In this document: one piece after another, positions 24,480 to 36,953 of the stretch
How positions within the stretch are numbered: the first letter of the stretch is position 1
How the letters are laid out: each line of letters opens with the position of its first letter
Source of the DNA: Tubulanus polymorphus
Lineage: Eukaryota > Animalia > Nemertea
Length of the DNA stretch: 64,000 nt
Direction of reading: 5' to 3'
Assembly (NCBI RefSeq): GCF_964204645.1
Contig: NC_134030.1
Span: forward strand, 18,560,210 to 18,624,209
The notes under the pieces: model-generated
Seen by the model: the letters and a program-made list of their open reading frames with translations, nothing else
Databases searched by the model: none
What the model was told of the DNA's origin: nothing
Translations under genes and position numbers: made by a program

Positions 24480-25395
24480 TCGAGTGAAGTTTGATTGAAC
24501 CCGCACAACTGTGGAACTAGATCCAGAGTCAAATTAAACCCCACAACTGTGGAACTGTTTCCAGAGACAAATCAAATCCACTCAACTGTGGAACTATTTC
24601 CAGAGACAAATTTAACCCACACAACTGTGGAACTGTTTCCAGAGTCAAATTAAATCCACTCAACTGTGGAACTATTTCCAGAGACAAATCAAATCCACTC
24701 AACTGTGGAACTATTTCCAGAGACAAATTAAATCCACTCAACTGTGGAACTATTTCCAGAGACAAATTTAACCCACACAACTGTGGAACTGTTTCCAGAG
24801 TCAAATTAAATCCTCTCAACTGTGGAACTATTTCTAGAGACAAATTTAACCCACACAACTGTGGAACTGTTTCCAGAGTCAAATTAAACCCACAACACAA
24901 CTGTGGAACTGTTTCCAGAGTCAAAGTAAACCCACAACACAACTGTGGAACTGTTTCCAGAGACAAATTAAATCCGCTCAACTGTGGAACTGTTTCCAGA
25001 GTCAAATTAAACCCACACAACTGTGGAACTGGATCCAGAGTCAAATTAAACCCACACAACTGTGGAACTGGGTTCAGAGTCAGATTAAATCCACACAACT
25101 GTAGAACTGGGTTCAGAGTCAGATTAAATACACACAACTGTGGAACTGAGTTCAGAGTCAAATTAAACCCATACAATTGTGGAACTGTTTCCAGAGTCAA
25201 ATTAAACCCACACAACTGTAGAACTATTTCCAGAGTAAAATTAAACCCACACAACTGTGGAACTGGGTTCAGAGTCAGATTAAATCCACACAACTGTCGA
25301 ACTGGGTTCAGAGTCAAATCAAACCCACACAATTGTGAAACTGGGTCCAGAGTCAAATAAAACACAAACAACTGTGGAAATGGATCTAACTTGTG
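24480..25395. repeat. 39-bp ACTGTGGAACT minisatellite x ~23
   Basis: Tandem units; source of the spurious 289-aa ORF. Confidence 0.95.
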
Positions 25396-26577
25396 CACCA
25401 GTGGTTTGTATGGTCAATGCCCGATCGCTGTAAGCTATGTACATTGCATAAGCGCATAAAGGCTCAGACCAAACCTGACAAGATTTCTACCTCGAGTAGA
25501 AAAAAAAGGAAAATGTTTACAGGCTTACAACTTCCTGAACAAGCTTTTCCAATCTGCGAGAAGAAAAGAGAGAGAGTAAACAAGAATGTCGTTAAAAATA
25601 ATATCACTAATTAGCTCGTTAAGATGAACTAGGATTGACAGCCAGGTAGCCTATAAGTAGGCCTATGCCGAATAGGCCTAGATGAATTTCACCAAACTAA
25701 ATTTTAGAGAAATATTTTGAAAATCATAATTCTTTTTGATAATTCTCAGAAGTTCACTCACCATGTATTCGAAATTTCTTAATCTAAATTCAACATTTTC
25801 TATTAGATTCTCCAACAAATTGTCTACCAGATGAATTTCAAGTTCTTGACAAAACCGAAATTTTCCAATTTTTTAATAGAAATTACACCATTCAATTTTG
25901 AATCAAAGTCTTTAGAAAACTTCTAAAACTTCTAAAAACTTCTTCTTAGAAATCTTATACTTATCGTTCAAAATTTTTCAATCGAGATTGCTGTTCAAAA
26001 TATCCGATCGAACTTTGCAGTCTAATTTTTAGATTCAATATCTCCAAATCGAAACTTAAATCCAAATTTTCACCAAATTTCTACGAAAATTTGTCGATTA
26101 AACCTTTCTAACAAATTTTCGAGGTAAAACTTAAAATCTGATTACGATTGCAACGCGTGCTACAATAAACGACCTTCATATTTCTAGCCCTAGGTTTTGT
26201 TCGTTGTTATTCTATTTCGGCGCGTCGTCCTTCACGAGAGCTCGGTATTTTTGAAAGCTTGTTAACAAGCTGAACGCGGCTGCTGGCTGCTCGCGCTGGC
26301 TGCTCTCTCGAGCCGAGGAAAGGTGGGGGGGAAAATGACTGGAAAAACAAGCGGCGTCGTTGAATAGACGTTCAAACAGCTAGATATCTATACTTTACAA
26401 GATGCCTGCGGCTAAAAATACTGAATTACTGAATACAGCATCAAACTGTTGTATATTATTGAATGAAATGAGCTGAGATGTTTTTACCCTCAGTTACAAC
26501 CTACATTTGTCTGACATATGCATCATCATCGTACAGATCTTTTCATATCCTTTCTCCGCCTCTCGCCTCCTCTCATC

Positions 26578-27082
26578 CTCCCTATAACCTCCCCTATAAC
26601 TCTCATTTCTCACCCTCCCTATAACCTCCCCTATAACTCTCATTTCTCACCCTCCCTATAACCTCCCCTATAACTCTCATTTCTCACCCTCCCTATAACC
26701 TCCCCTATAACTCTCATTTCTCACCCTCCCTATAACCTCCCCTATAACTCTCATTTCTCACCCTCCCTATAACCTCCCCTATAACTCTCATTTCTCACCC
26801 TCCCTATAACCTCCCCTATAACTCTCATTTCTCACCCTCCCTATAACCTCCCCTATAACTCTCATTTCTCACCCTCCCTATAACCTCCCCTATAACTCTC
26901 ATTTCTCACCCTCCCTATAACCTCCCCTATAACTCTCATTTCCCATCCTCCCTATAACCTCCCCTATAACTCTCATTTCCCATCCTCCCTATAACCTCCC
27001 CTATAACTCTCATTTCCCATCCTCCCTAGAACCTCCCCTATAACTCTCATTTCCCATCCTCCCTACAACCTCCCCTATAACT
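26578..27082. repeat. 37-bp C-rich minisatellite (CCTATAACCTCCCCTATAACTCTCATTTCTCACCCTC) x ~13
   Basis: Near-perfect tandem followed by a pyrimidine tract to about 27472. Confidence 0.95.
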
Positions 27083-28159
27083 CTTTCTTTTCCCTGTCTT
27101 CTCCCTCTCTGCCTCTTATCTACCTCCCTCACCTCCATCTACTTTCTCCTCATTCACTTCCTCACCTCCTTAATCTCCTGTCATCACACTCCGTTCTCTT
27201 CTCATTCCTCTGACTCTCATTTCTCTCCTCGCTCACTCTTTCTTTCACCTCATCTCCTCTCTCCCATTTCTCATTCTTTCTTTCATACGTCTTTTCTTAA
27301 CATCCACCCACCCACCACTCCCTCTCCCTCTCCCTCTCCCTCCCCTCTCCCTCTCCTGGCTTGCCCTCTCCCTCACTCCCTCTGTCTCCCTTCCTCTCTC
27401 TCCCACTCCTGCCTTGCCCTCTCCTTCATCTCCCTCTCCCTCTCCCTTTCTCCATCTCCCTCTCTTTCTCTCAAATATTCATTGAAAATACATATTCTTC
27501 AAACCATCAAAATAAATGATATTGCCCGCACTGAGAAATGAACGTAAGTCGGAGCAGATTTATGACCCCTCACGTTTTGCTAAGATAACAATATTGCGTA
27601 ATCATCGTGTTCAACAATTTTAGTTGCTCAGATAAATTATCCAAATTCTCCAAATTTTCTTGGGGAGGCCAGCAAAAAGCCCTCACGCTGACAGCGCGCG
27701 CACTCCATGGTCCTTAATCTATAGGCCAACATGTAACTTAACTTGTAGGCCTATTTGACTATGCCTAGAAAGATTTGAACCACCTTCTAGCTCAGCCCCC
27801 GTTACATCAGCGCGCAGAGCAACGTTGCTCCTATAGACCGATATCCGCCTGTTCTCAACACAAACGTACGCGGGGCTTCGATATGTGAAACATATGGTTT
27901 CAACTGTGAAAAAACAGTTGCTCGAAACATTTCCGAAAGGCGAAAAAAAAACACCACGTATATAGATACAGGTGTTCTAAACATATATATATATAAACCT
28001 CCTCACTAAATCTGCTCTTTTTACCGGCGCTAAAATGGTCGAAAGTAAATTTCTTGAGTCGATAAACGTTTAGTTAAAAATAATTCCTAGACCGGGTCTT
28101 ATTTCGATTAGGCTTGGAACACACGGATTTCAGCTACAGTCAACCGAACGCAAAACCAT

Positions 28160-28398
28160 AGCCACGATCACGCGCGCTTTTTTCACCCGGAACAACTGTT
28201 CATACGGGGGCCAAATGGACCCGTGCCCGTTGGACCAGGCCCCCGAGCAAAATTTTACCACGGGACGAATGATTGTGTTTGAAAGTTTAAATTTCGGTTA
28301 AAACCCAACAGTAGAATCCGGCAACTACAGAAACAGATTCAGTTCCCATAGTTCTCAGGATTAAGTTTGACCGTGGACTAGACTGAGTCCATGGTTTG

Positions 28399-28486
<88 letters not shown>

Positions 28487-28526
28487 CGTCGAAATCAGGC
28501 AATTACCGAAAGCTTCGATTGCGGCT
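28160..28526 (+). mobile_element. diverged copy of the AGCCGCGATCAC MITE containing a (TA)n tract at 28403-28482
   Basis: Left 125 bp match 4342-4480; right end GATTGCGGCT. Confidence 0.6.
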
Positions 28527-29444
28527 ATAATCTGATGTAATATCGAGCTGATGATCTGGTAACAGTATCTCAACCGGTAACAAGTTTCATCAGTAATCAA
28601 TGATCCATTTAGGTAAATAGAGCAGTTATGAATATATCGGCGTGAGTGTTCTGATGTAACGGCACAGAAACCGGAATGAATTAATTATTTATACAGAGCT
28701 TCGAGTAGCTCAACAACATAACACATAATAGACACATTCAATTCTTCCATAATTATCCACTTATGTCCGCACCACGTTAGGGAACTTACAAAAAAACTTT
28801 AATCCTACAAAAAGATTTAATCCTATAGTCACTTTTACTGTACCCCTGGCATGATAACAACATCGAACACAATCTCATCTTCAACGAACCCTAATCGATA
28901 AAAAAAAAATCTCTTCTAGAAATCTGTTTTTTACATAAAACAAGAAACAATGAAAAACTCGAACTTGGCCTTCACAAATTTACCCTTCGATATGAAACAA
29001 ACGCACAAACTCGTCGTAGCGAATTTAAGCAAATGAAAAATGACAATTGTCAATGAATTTTACGTGGCTCTGACCTGTCAGCCGCCCGTCGGGTGTGTTC
29101 TAAATATTTAGCCTGGAAACCCAAATTCCCGTATTCGGCCTGTTGAACTGGATCGAGCCTTCACGGTGATCAATCATTCGCGAGTCGACAATTAACATCG
29201 TTTCGCTTTTAAAACAGATAATCCTCGCTCGCCGGGGACGCCTTCACTTCAAACAACGGCGCGAACAGACGTCGGCTTAATTTGACTCCGGAGTCAAAAC
29301 GAGCGCAATCGTGAATATCTAACCGAAATGGCTGACACTCCCAGAAATGGCTGACACTCCCAAATTCAATTCGTTATTTTGCCATGAAGATAAAACTTTT
29401 CAAACAATTGATAATTTACTGATCTTAATTGGTAAAAAAATAAG

Positions 29445-29722
29445 AGGTTCAAAGCATTTAAACGAGGACTAAAATGTAATCGGTTAAGGTGACCTATTCT
29501 AAAGAAATGACGCGCAATAGTAAGTGCCCTTTGTCCAGCTAGAATTGTAATACAACAGACATGAACTGTGGAACTGGTTCCAAAACTCATTTCTACCAAT
29601 TAAAATGCAATTTTGTCAGTTGCATTACGATTCTAGCTGGCCAAAGAACTATTGTGCGCAATTTCTTTAGAATAAGTCACCTTAACCAATTACATTTTAG
29701 TCTTTTAGATGCTTTTAAACCT
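29445..29722. repeat. long inverted repeat / foldback element (~115-bp arms)
   Basis: 29445-29565 is the approximate reverse complement of 29610-29722. The ORF track shows the same peptide (CITILAGQR...FFRI) on both strands. Confidence 0.85.
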
Positions 29723-29824
29723 GTAATTAACATACTTTTTACCATAGCTTCATGTTTAACTTTAGTTTTATCGTTTTCTAATTCATGCATCTTATTTTGT
29801 ATAGGTCGGTAAGGCAAACTTTGG

Positions 29825-30050
29825 CAGACCAGTGAAATCAGTCGTGGCAGACTAGTGGAACCAGCTCTGACAGACATGCGAAACCAGCCCCAGTGAAATC
29901 AGCCCTGACAGTCTAGTGGAACCAGCCCTGACAGGCTAGTGGAACCAGCTCTGACAGACCTGCGAAACCAGCCCCAGTGAAATCAGCTCTGACAGACCTG
30001 CAGAACCAGCCCCAGTGAAATCAGCCGTGCCAGGCCAATAAAACCAGTCA
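29825..30050. repeat. GAAACCAGCCC short-unit degenerate tandem repeat
   Basis: Repeated GGAACCAGCTCTGACAG / GAAACCAGCCCCAGT. Confidence 0.8.
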
Positions 30051-30100
30051 AGCTGGAAGTATATTCTATACACTGCAGAGACATTAGAATGCACACATAC

Positions 30101-30283
30101 CTGTCATTGAAGAGGTTGGTCCGGTAGTAAACGCCGTATTCTCGACGACCCCGTCACGTGACTGCATGTACGCCGTAAAATGTCCGTTGGTTTTCAGTTT
30201 CGGCCGATGATGCGACATCAAAGCCGTGTCACTGTTCTGACGTAAGTGATTGCCGTTAGCCTGATGATCCGGAGAGTTATAGA
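30101..30283 (-). CDS. rols/TANC-like exon (IYNSPDHQANGNHLRQ...RPKLKTNGHFTAYMQSRDG...SSMT), missed by the ORF track
   Basis: Acceptor ttttttttgtAG at 30284, donor ACAG|GTATGT at 30100. 183 nt, stop-free, phase 1-1, in frame with both neighbours. Confidence 0.82.
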
Positions 30284-30464
30284 CTACAAAAAAAAGAATC
30301 GAGATTTAGAATTTAAAAGTGAGATTCAAAAATATGTTTAGGGTGCGCACAAGTTCGCGCAAAGATTAAGGTAATCTTTCGGATGCTCAACTTTCAAGTC
30401 ATGTTCTAATTTGACTCTGACCGTTAATGGAATTCCTTTTAATGAAAATCATTTTTGATAAGGG

Positions 30465-30760
30465 ATGTGCTGGCACTATTGCTCTGTGGCAGGTGAGGAT
30501 TCTCCGAGGAGCTGCTAGGTGTCACTAGTGCACAGTAGGACATCACCTACTGTGGCAATAAAGGATGGCAGGTGAGAATCCACCAGGTGTCGCTAGTGTA
30601 CAGTAGGACATCAATTGCCGCGACAATAGAGGATTCCACTCATGGCAAGAAGGATGTAGCAGGTGTCGTTAGCGTTCAATAGGACATATACTACGGCAGC
30701 AATAGTGGATTTTACTTGTGGCAAGCGAGGATCCACCAGGTGTCCTTGCGTGCAGTATCA
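30465..30760 (+). repeat. same ~77-bp GTGGCAAGTGAGGATCCACCAGGTGTC repeat x4, diverged
   Basis: Family match to 38750-39020. Longer relatives at 1-295, 14336-14690 (minus), 15232-15662, 50330-50665 (minus) and 55040-55655. Confidence 0.85.
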
Positions 30761-31090
30761 CATCGACATTTTGAAGTCCATTTCAAATATTCGTATATCG
30801 AACGTAGATATTAATTTTTCAGACGTGGATCGATCCCGCGAGTTAAGCGTGCCGCGCCTATTTGTCAGCTGCAGCGTCTACTCTATTCCTTGCTCAATAC
30901 GTGAAACGGAAGACACTTTTAGCGGACTCTGCCTCTATTTGTGTTTAGTTAATGGAGAACAAATATGTGAGTGACACGCGCGCAGTCAGTTCCGCTCACA
31001 GCTACCGCGACGTTAAATGGACAGTCTTTAATAGAACATGCAAATATGATTATCAATGACGTGACGCGAGGGAGAGAGCGGTTGACAAGT

Positions 31091-31091
<1 letters not shown>

Positions 31092-31163
<72 letters not shown>
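31092..31163. repeat. (GA)n microsatellite
   Basis: Direct reading. Confidence 0.97.
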
Positions 31164-31166
<3 letters not shown>

Positions 31167-31306
31167 CAGAAAGGGTGGACAGGGAGTGACATTGACAGGA
31201 GCAATGAAAGAGGACAAAGAATTGACGAGGAAGCAAGAGAGAGGAAGAGAATGAACAGGTGGACACTCTGGAGTAGGAGATGGGTAAAAGAGTGGAGCGA
31301 GAGTGC

Positions 31307-31558
31307 CAGGGGCCGATTTAGGGAGGGGGGGGTGGTCTCAGGGGTACGGACACCTGCCTTCCCGTCGAGGTTGCCCCAAGATCATTAAAACCTCAAAGAT
31401 TCGGCCTCATCCTCTCAGAAATCGCAACCTTTGGATGTATTTCTTCAAAAATATCTACAATCGATGGAGGGACAAACCCCAATAGAAGCGTTTGACTTGG
31501 CAGCTTCAGCGGAGAAATGACTTTTATTTTCTTCTGGATTTCCCACGATCCGCCCCTG
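31307..31558. mobile_element. hAT-like MITE (TIR CAGGGGCGGAT)
   Basis: CAGGGGCCGATT ... GATCCGCCCCTG, lying within a purine-rich tract. Confidence 0.5.
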
Positions 31559-31992
31559 GGAATATAGAGAAGGGGAGTGCAGACTGGATACGGAGGGGAT
31601 GTAAGAGAGGTGGGGGGAAAGGAGGAAATCGGAAAGCAGGAACGAGGGAGGAGCGAGGGAGAGCAGAAATGGGGAGTGGAGAAGAGAAAGGAAGAGGGGA
31701 CAGAATGGGAAGAGCGAGAAAGGGAGGGAGATTGCAGATGGGATAAGGAGACGAGCTGTAGAGAGGAAGGATATTAGAAAGGGAGAGATATTGAGAAGTC
31801 GTGAGAAGAAAAGAGGAAAGGGAAGAGAGAGGGAAGGATGAGAGATGAACAAAAGTAATTTCGAACGAACACACGAAACTAACCATAACTTTCAACTCAA
31901 TCGGGACGAGTGACGATGAAAAAAATTAAAATCCCCTAAAAACAAAAAAACATTTCTAAAAAATCTTCGAGAAATAGACAGACGCGACTTAC

Positions 31993-32193
31993 TTTCGGTT
32001 TCGCAGAGCGGGCATTCGTCGCTGTTGAACATACAGGAATAGCAGCGCTCGTGTCCGCACGTGTCGATCAGTTTACGTTTCTTGCCCTTATCGAACGGCA
32101 TGTGACAAGACGGACAGATCATACCGGCGGCGCCGGCGCCACCGCCGTTTAAATCCATCGTATTTAAACTCAAACTACGGATCACGTGAACAT
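31993..32193 (-). CDS. TANC2: rolling pebbles/TANC-family protein, C3HC4 RING-finger exon
   Basis: Encodes CPSCHMPFDKGKKRKLIDTCGHERCYSCMFNSDECPLC, closely resembling the N-terminal RING of Drosophila Rols7 and invertebrate TANC-like proteins as I recall it. Acceptor ttttgcAG at 32194, donor A|GTAAGT at 31992. 201 nt, phase 1-1. In-frame ATG (MDLNGG) at 32158. The symbol indicates family (rols/TANC1/2), not strict orthology. Confidence 0.88.
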
Positions 32194-32269
32194 CTGCAAA
32201 AACAAAATTATAGAACAAAAATTTACATTTTTCAGAATTCCAAAAATGTATGAAAAAAATTTATTCGCT

Positions 32270-32567
32270 TTTACTCTTTCAATGCTGACAAATTAATACC
32301 CTATAGTACTGGAGATAATTTGAAAATTTTGAAAAATTCCACCCTAGTGTGTTGAATAACGGGAATACCACTAAAGTGCGTCTACACCACGGTGCAGTGT
32401 ATCGTTAGTTACTAGTATTTCACTATGTTTGACAGGTGCTGACATCTTTCAATAGAGATAATTACTAATTACACCAATACACTGCGGTGCGGTGTACTAG
32501 CAAAAACCATCTTTTTTGCCCATGATTTTTACCCCGCACTGCGGTGTAGACGAACTGAAAGGGTTAA
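32270..32567 (+). mobile_element. piggyBac-type MITE family A, about 77 bp from the RING-exon acceptor
   Basis: Family A internal sequence and right TIR with TTAA. Confidence 0.88.
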
Positions 32568-33414
32568 CCTTTTCACCAACAATCTTTTAAATTTCTTTTT
32601 TCAAATACAGATTGATATTATTTCCATTACAGATTTATCGGCATGATTTGAAACATTTCAAAATAATATACCGAAATTATCATTCTGTATATTATTTTTT
32701 GGACGGTCATAAAAATCATAGGAAGTATAGTGTGTACAGAGAGAAATAAGCTTGTATTTCAATAAGGGGCTAAATGTACCAAGTCTCTCTAAATCTGTAG
32801 CATTTTGTCAGAATGAAAACTTTCACACAAAAATTTCAAAAACTTTAAAAAGACGTACGCCTGTATTCAAATTTTTTCCCAAAAAAATTTTTCTTCAACG
32901 AAAAGTCTGAACACGAGAATTTCGCGAAAAATGGTTCGCTGACTGTATTTTTCATGAAAGCTTTTCTTGAAAGATATCTTAACAAAGATGGTTCCATTCT
33001 TAGAAATTCTCCCGCAAATTGGCCATTTAGAATATTAAGAATATCTAAACTAACTACCTTTCAGAAAACGGTATTTCAAACAATTTGTTTTTCAAAAAAA
33101 AATTTCAAAGTTTCGTCATCGCAAAATCGAACATTTTCGGCAGGGAATGAAATTCGAAATCTACGAGAAGAAAATACTCTCAGAAGTGGAAGATTTCCCG
33201 ACGGTTAAAAATCGTCGACAACAAAATTAATTAAAACTTTTCATCGAAAAGATGTTTCACTCAGAATCGAAAACCGATGAATTTCGCGAAGAAATATTAG
33301 CGAAATAGATTTTTAAACCCTTAAATTCTGAGAGCCAGCATCCCGGATAAAGCGTGAAGTTGGACAAGTGGAGTTCGTTTTCAGTTTTTTTCTAACCCTA
33401 TGGTCACATTCTAA

Positions 33415-33872
33415 CCACGGAACTGGGTCAATAATTGCAGAACTACATCCAAAATTGGCTGGAATTGGCTCCTTGAATCTGATGGCATCGCTACACCGTA
33501 GAACTGAGTCCAGTCCTGTGGAACTGGATTCTGAACTAAGGAACAGGACCCTGAACTGTGGATCTGGATCCTGAACTGTAGAACTGAGTCCAGAACTGTG
33601 GAACTGGATCCTGAACTGTGGATCTGGATCCTGAACTGTAGAACTGAGTCCAGAACTGTGGAACTGGATCCTGAACTAAGGAATGGGATCCTGAACTGTG
33701 GAACGGAGTCCAGTCCTGTGGAACTGGATCCTGAACTAAGGAACCGGATCCTGAACTGTAGAACTGAGTCCAGTCCTGTGGAACTGGATCCTGAACTGTG
33801 GATCTGGATCCTGAACTGTAGAACTGAATCCAAATCTGTGGAACTGAGTCCAGATCTGTGGAATTGGATCAT
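33415..33872. repeat. 20-bp ACTGTGGAACTGGATCCTGA minisatellite with a 60-bp higher-order period
   Basis: Lines 33601-33840 repeat in register at 60 bp. Confidence 0.9.
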
Positions 33873-34332
33873 GTTTCTCATAAATTATTAACTTAAATTA
33901 TTAATTCAAATCGAATCAACATAAACTGAGACGAAATCACATCGATACGAGTGTTTTTAAAACTAATTTTTAAAACATGCCCCAGACATAGCTGTTATTC
34001 GATAATCTCAAATACATTCAGTTCCCGCGGGAAGCTTTTTTTCACGCGGCAAGATTTTTCCTTTCCTAGTCGGTGGAAAACTTGCTTTTTTACGTCTGAC
34101 AAGAAAACATTCGACGACGACGAGGCCGCCGCGTCACTCGCCCAAACACAGCTCTCTAAATAGGTAAATAGGTGCATGCGTATTTTTTCCAAATACAATA
34201 CACAATATAGTAAGCCTAGTTCGGCTTCTCGTCGTATTCAGACTACACTCTGTTCTATATTCCCAACTGATTTCATGAATGGAATACGTATTTGATCGTG
34301 AATGAAACGCGACGTTTATTCGTGATCTCCGC

Positions 34333-34535
34333 AACTCTCCCCTCACCTGCCCCCTCAATCTGCACTCAACTCTCCCCTCACCTGCCCCCTCAATCTGCAC
34401 TCAACTCTCCCCTCACCTGCCCCCTCAATCTGCACTCAACTCTCCCCTCACCTTCCCCTCATTCTGCACTCAACTCTCCCCTCACCTTCCCCTCAATCTG
34501 CACTCAACTCTCCCCTCACCTGCCCCTCAATCTCC
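34333..34535. repeat. 35-bp C-rich minisatellite x ~6
   Basis: AACTCTCCCCTCACCTGCCCCCTCAATCTGCACTC. Confidence 0.9.
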
Positions 34536-34816
34536 ATCCCCTTCACTCTGCCTGCCCTAAATCACACTCCCCTTTCCCTCTCTCCCTCCCTCTTGCCTTG
34601 TCAGTTCTGCATTTCCCTGCTCAACCTCCCTTCTACCTTCCCCCAACTGCCCTCCCTTTCACGCTCTATCTTTCTTCTCTCTTTCCATCATCTGCCAGCC
34701 CCTCCCATACCTACTTACCCTCACCTAAATCTCCCCTGACATTCCGCTCTCTCCCCTTACTCCCTATCCCCTCTCTCTTCTCCCCTCACCTCATCAAACC
34801 ACATTCTCCCTCGACA

Positions 34817-35040
34817 GGGATTCGAATCTGATGGCATCGCTACACTCAGCCACGGCACGAACCCCTGCCACACTTGACCGGGTGTGCAGGTTTTAGTACG
34901 CAAAAACTTGTGGCACCAATCAGATTGCTCGTTGTATAATCACTGAGGTAAATTTCACCGAAACACTATAAATGGTAAAACCGGGGCCAAAATGAAACGG
35001 GATATCCGATTGGTTAATAATGACATCATCTAAGCCGCGC
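34817..35040 (-). mobile_element. dispersed ~220-bp repeat with A-box/B-box-like end (second copy at 54778-54999)
   Basis: Two highly similar copies. Minus strand ends GTGGCTGAGTGTAGCGATGCCATCAGATTCGAATCCC; two CCAAT boxes internally. Confidence 0.7.
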
Positions 35041-35143
35041 GTGTAGCTGCGTACTCGGTCTAGTGTAGATCCAGAACAGCATCCTGTTCTCGAATCCATG
35101 CCTGGGAAGGATGATCAAACCGATCTATGCAATAAGTATTCCT

Positions 35144-35370
35144 CTAACCCTATCAATGCTGACCAATTCTTACCTCATAGTTCTGGAGATAATTCTAAAA
35201 TTATTGAAAACAGCGCAATGAACAGCAGGTGACTACTTGTGTCTAGTAGATATTTCACGATGCTTGACAGGTGCTGCCACCTTTCATAGAGATTATAATT
35301 ACGTAATCATTACGTAAATCAATAGTGAAGTTCATCAATAATTTATACACCGCACTGCAGTGTACACATG
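35144..35370 (+). mobile_element. piggyBac-type MITE family A, old degenerate copy
   Basis: Retains TTGACAGGTGCTGCCA and TACACCGCACTGCAGTGTA. Confidence 0.7.
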
Positions 35371-35579
35371 CATACCGCGCATCGCATGGCTTGCCCGATT
35401 GTCCTTATCCCCTTGTTTACAAATTGTATTTACGAAAAAGTATTTACAAATTATCTGACGCCGTATTAATGAAATTGTATTAAATTTATCGTTACAAGAA
35501 GATTGATAAAGAAATACTAAAATACTATTATCTTATATATATATATAGTATTTCTTCATCAATCTTCTTGTAACGATAA

Positions 35580-35581
<2 letters not shown>

Positions 35582-35658
<77 letters not shown>
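35582..35658. repeat. (TA)n microsatellite
   Basis: Direct reading. Confidence 0.97.
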
Positions 35659-35660
<2 letters not shown>

Positions 35661-36071
35661 AAACAAGCCTGATAAAGAAATACTATTATCTATATATATA
35701 TATATATATGACAAGCCTATAACGAAAAACTTATATCTTTTTCATATCGAGACATTTAAAAATCGACTTTTTTAAAAATGGTCGGCTATCAGGTGTAGGT
35801 ATCATCGAGTACAAACAAACAATCACAGACGCGCTAACCTATAGACGTGTAACGTCTAATAAACTAGGGCAGCTCTTATTACCAAACGTGACATCGGACG
35901 AGAATCAAGTTTTTTATGAATGAACGAACGAACGAATGAATGTCACGCGTATTCTAGATTGTGCGTTGATTTCGCAATCGGCAGAAAAAAAATTTATACG
36001 ACTTTTTTCGTCGAATTTATCAATCGCATCGGATTGCCGCCGGGGTCAATCGAGTTCGGACCATATTTTAT

Positions 36072-36770
36072 GGTGCTTATTTTGACATCAATATGACCAT
36101 GGATCACCATGTTAAACGAGTCTGCAAGACAGGTTCTTTTGGTCTTTACAAAATAGGCAAAATTAGACATTTTTAAAATAATCCAATCGCGGAGAGATTA
36201 GTTCATTGTTTTATAACTTCTAGACTTGATTACTGCAATAGTCTGTTACTTGGTACAGGTCAGTACAATATAAAAAAGTTGCAGCTTATCCGCTGCCCGA
36301 CTTGTCACAAGATCAAAAAAGTTTGATTCGATTACTCCAATACTTGCTGAGCTTCACTGGCTTCCAGTCTCTAAACGCATTGATTTCTAAGTCCTGCTCA
36401 TGGTTTTTAAAGTATTGAATGATTTGGCACCAAGTTACATTTGTGATCTAATCACATTATATACTCCTACCAGATCCTTACGATCCACTTACACGATTTT
36501 ACTAAATTCTGTCTCTTTTAATACCCAATTTTACGGCCACCGCGCCTTTGCCTAAGCAGCTCCAATCTTATGGAATGCTTTACCTTTTAGAATAAGATCC
36601 TGCAGCGACGTAGTTACTTTTAAAGCTGAGCTGAAAACTTTTCTTTTTAGGCAATATTTTAATCGACTGTTCTTAATTGTTTTCATAGCCTTTTATATTT
36701 GTAAACCGCGCTGAAATGTAGGCTATACGGAGCACAGTATATAGGAAATAAATATTATTATTATTATTAT
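36072..36770 (+). mobile_element. 5'-truncated L2/CR1-group LINE, decayed ORF2 C-terminus plus 3' tail
   Basis: Translates with stops and a frameshift to LVHCFITSRLDYCNSLL...AARLVT...ITPILAELHWLPV...LAPSYI...RAF..AAPILWNALP...FKAELKTFLF. Ends in AATAAA and (ATT)n. Confidence 0.88.
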
Positions 36771-36953
36771 TTTTGAGACGAAAGTTTCGTGAAGTTTTTC
36801 TTCGATGATCCCTCAGAGAAGGGAGTGAGGAAGTATTCGAGCCGAATTTGAATTCGAGTCAAATTCGGCCCGTGCCCGATTTAGAGAGCGCATTCACACA
36901 TATATCACTCACTAGTCATTTCCGGCACCAGTTGAACTAAACTCTGAGCCAAC

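Noticed and set aside
26578-27082. Interstitial telomeric repeat
   Set aside because: The unit is a 37-bp composite containing TTATAGGG, not tandem TTAGGG or TTAGG.
34094-34156. Possible extra minus-strand exon (ESCVWASDAAASSSSNVFLSD)
   Set aside because: It would enter in phase 1 and leave in phase 0, which frameshifts the RING exon, and the donor is weak.
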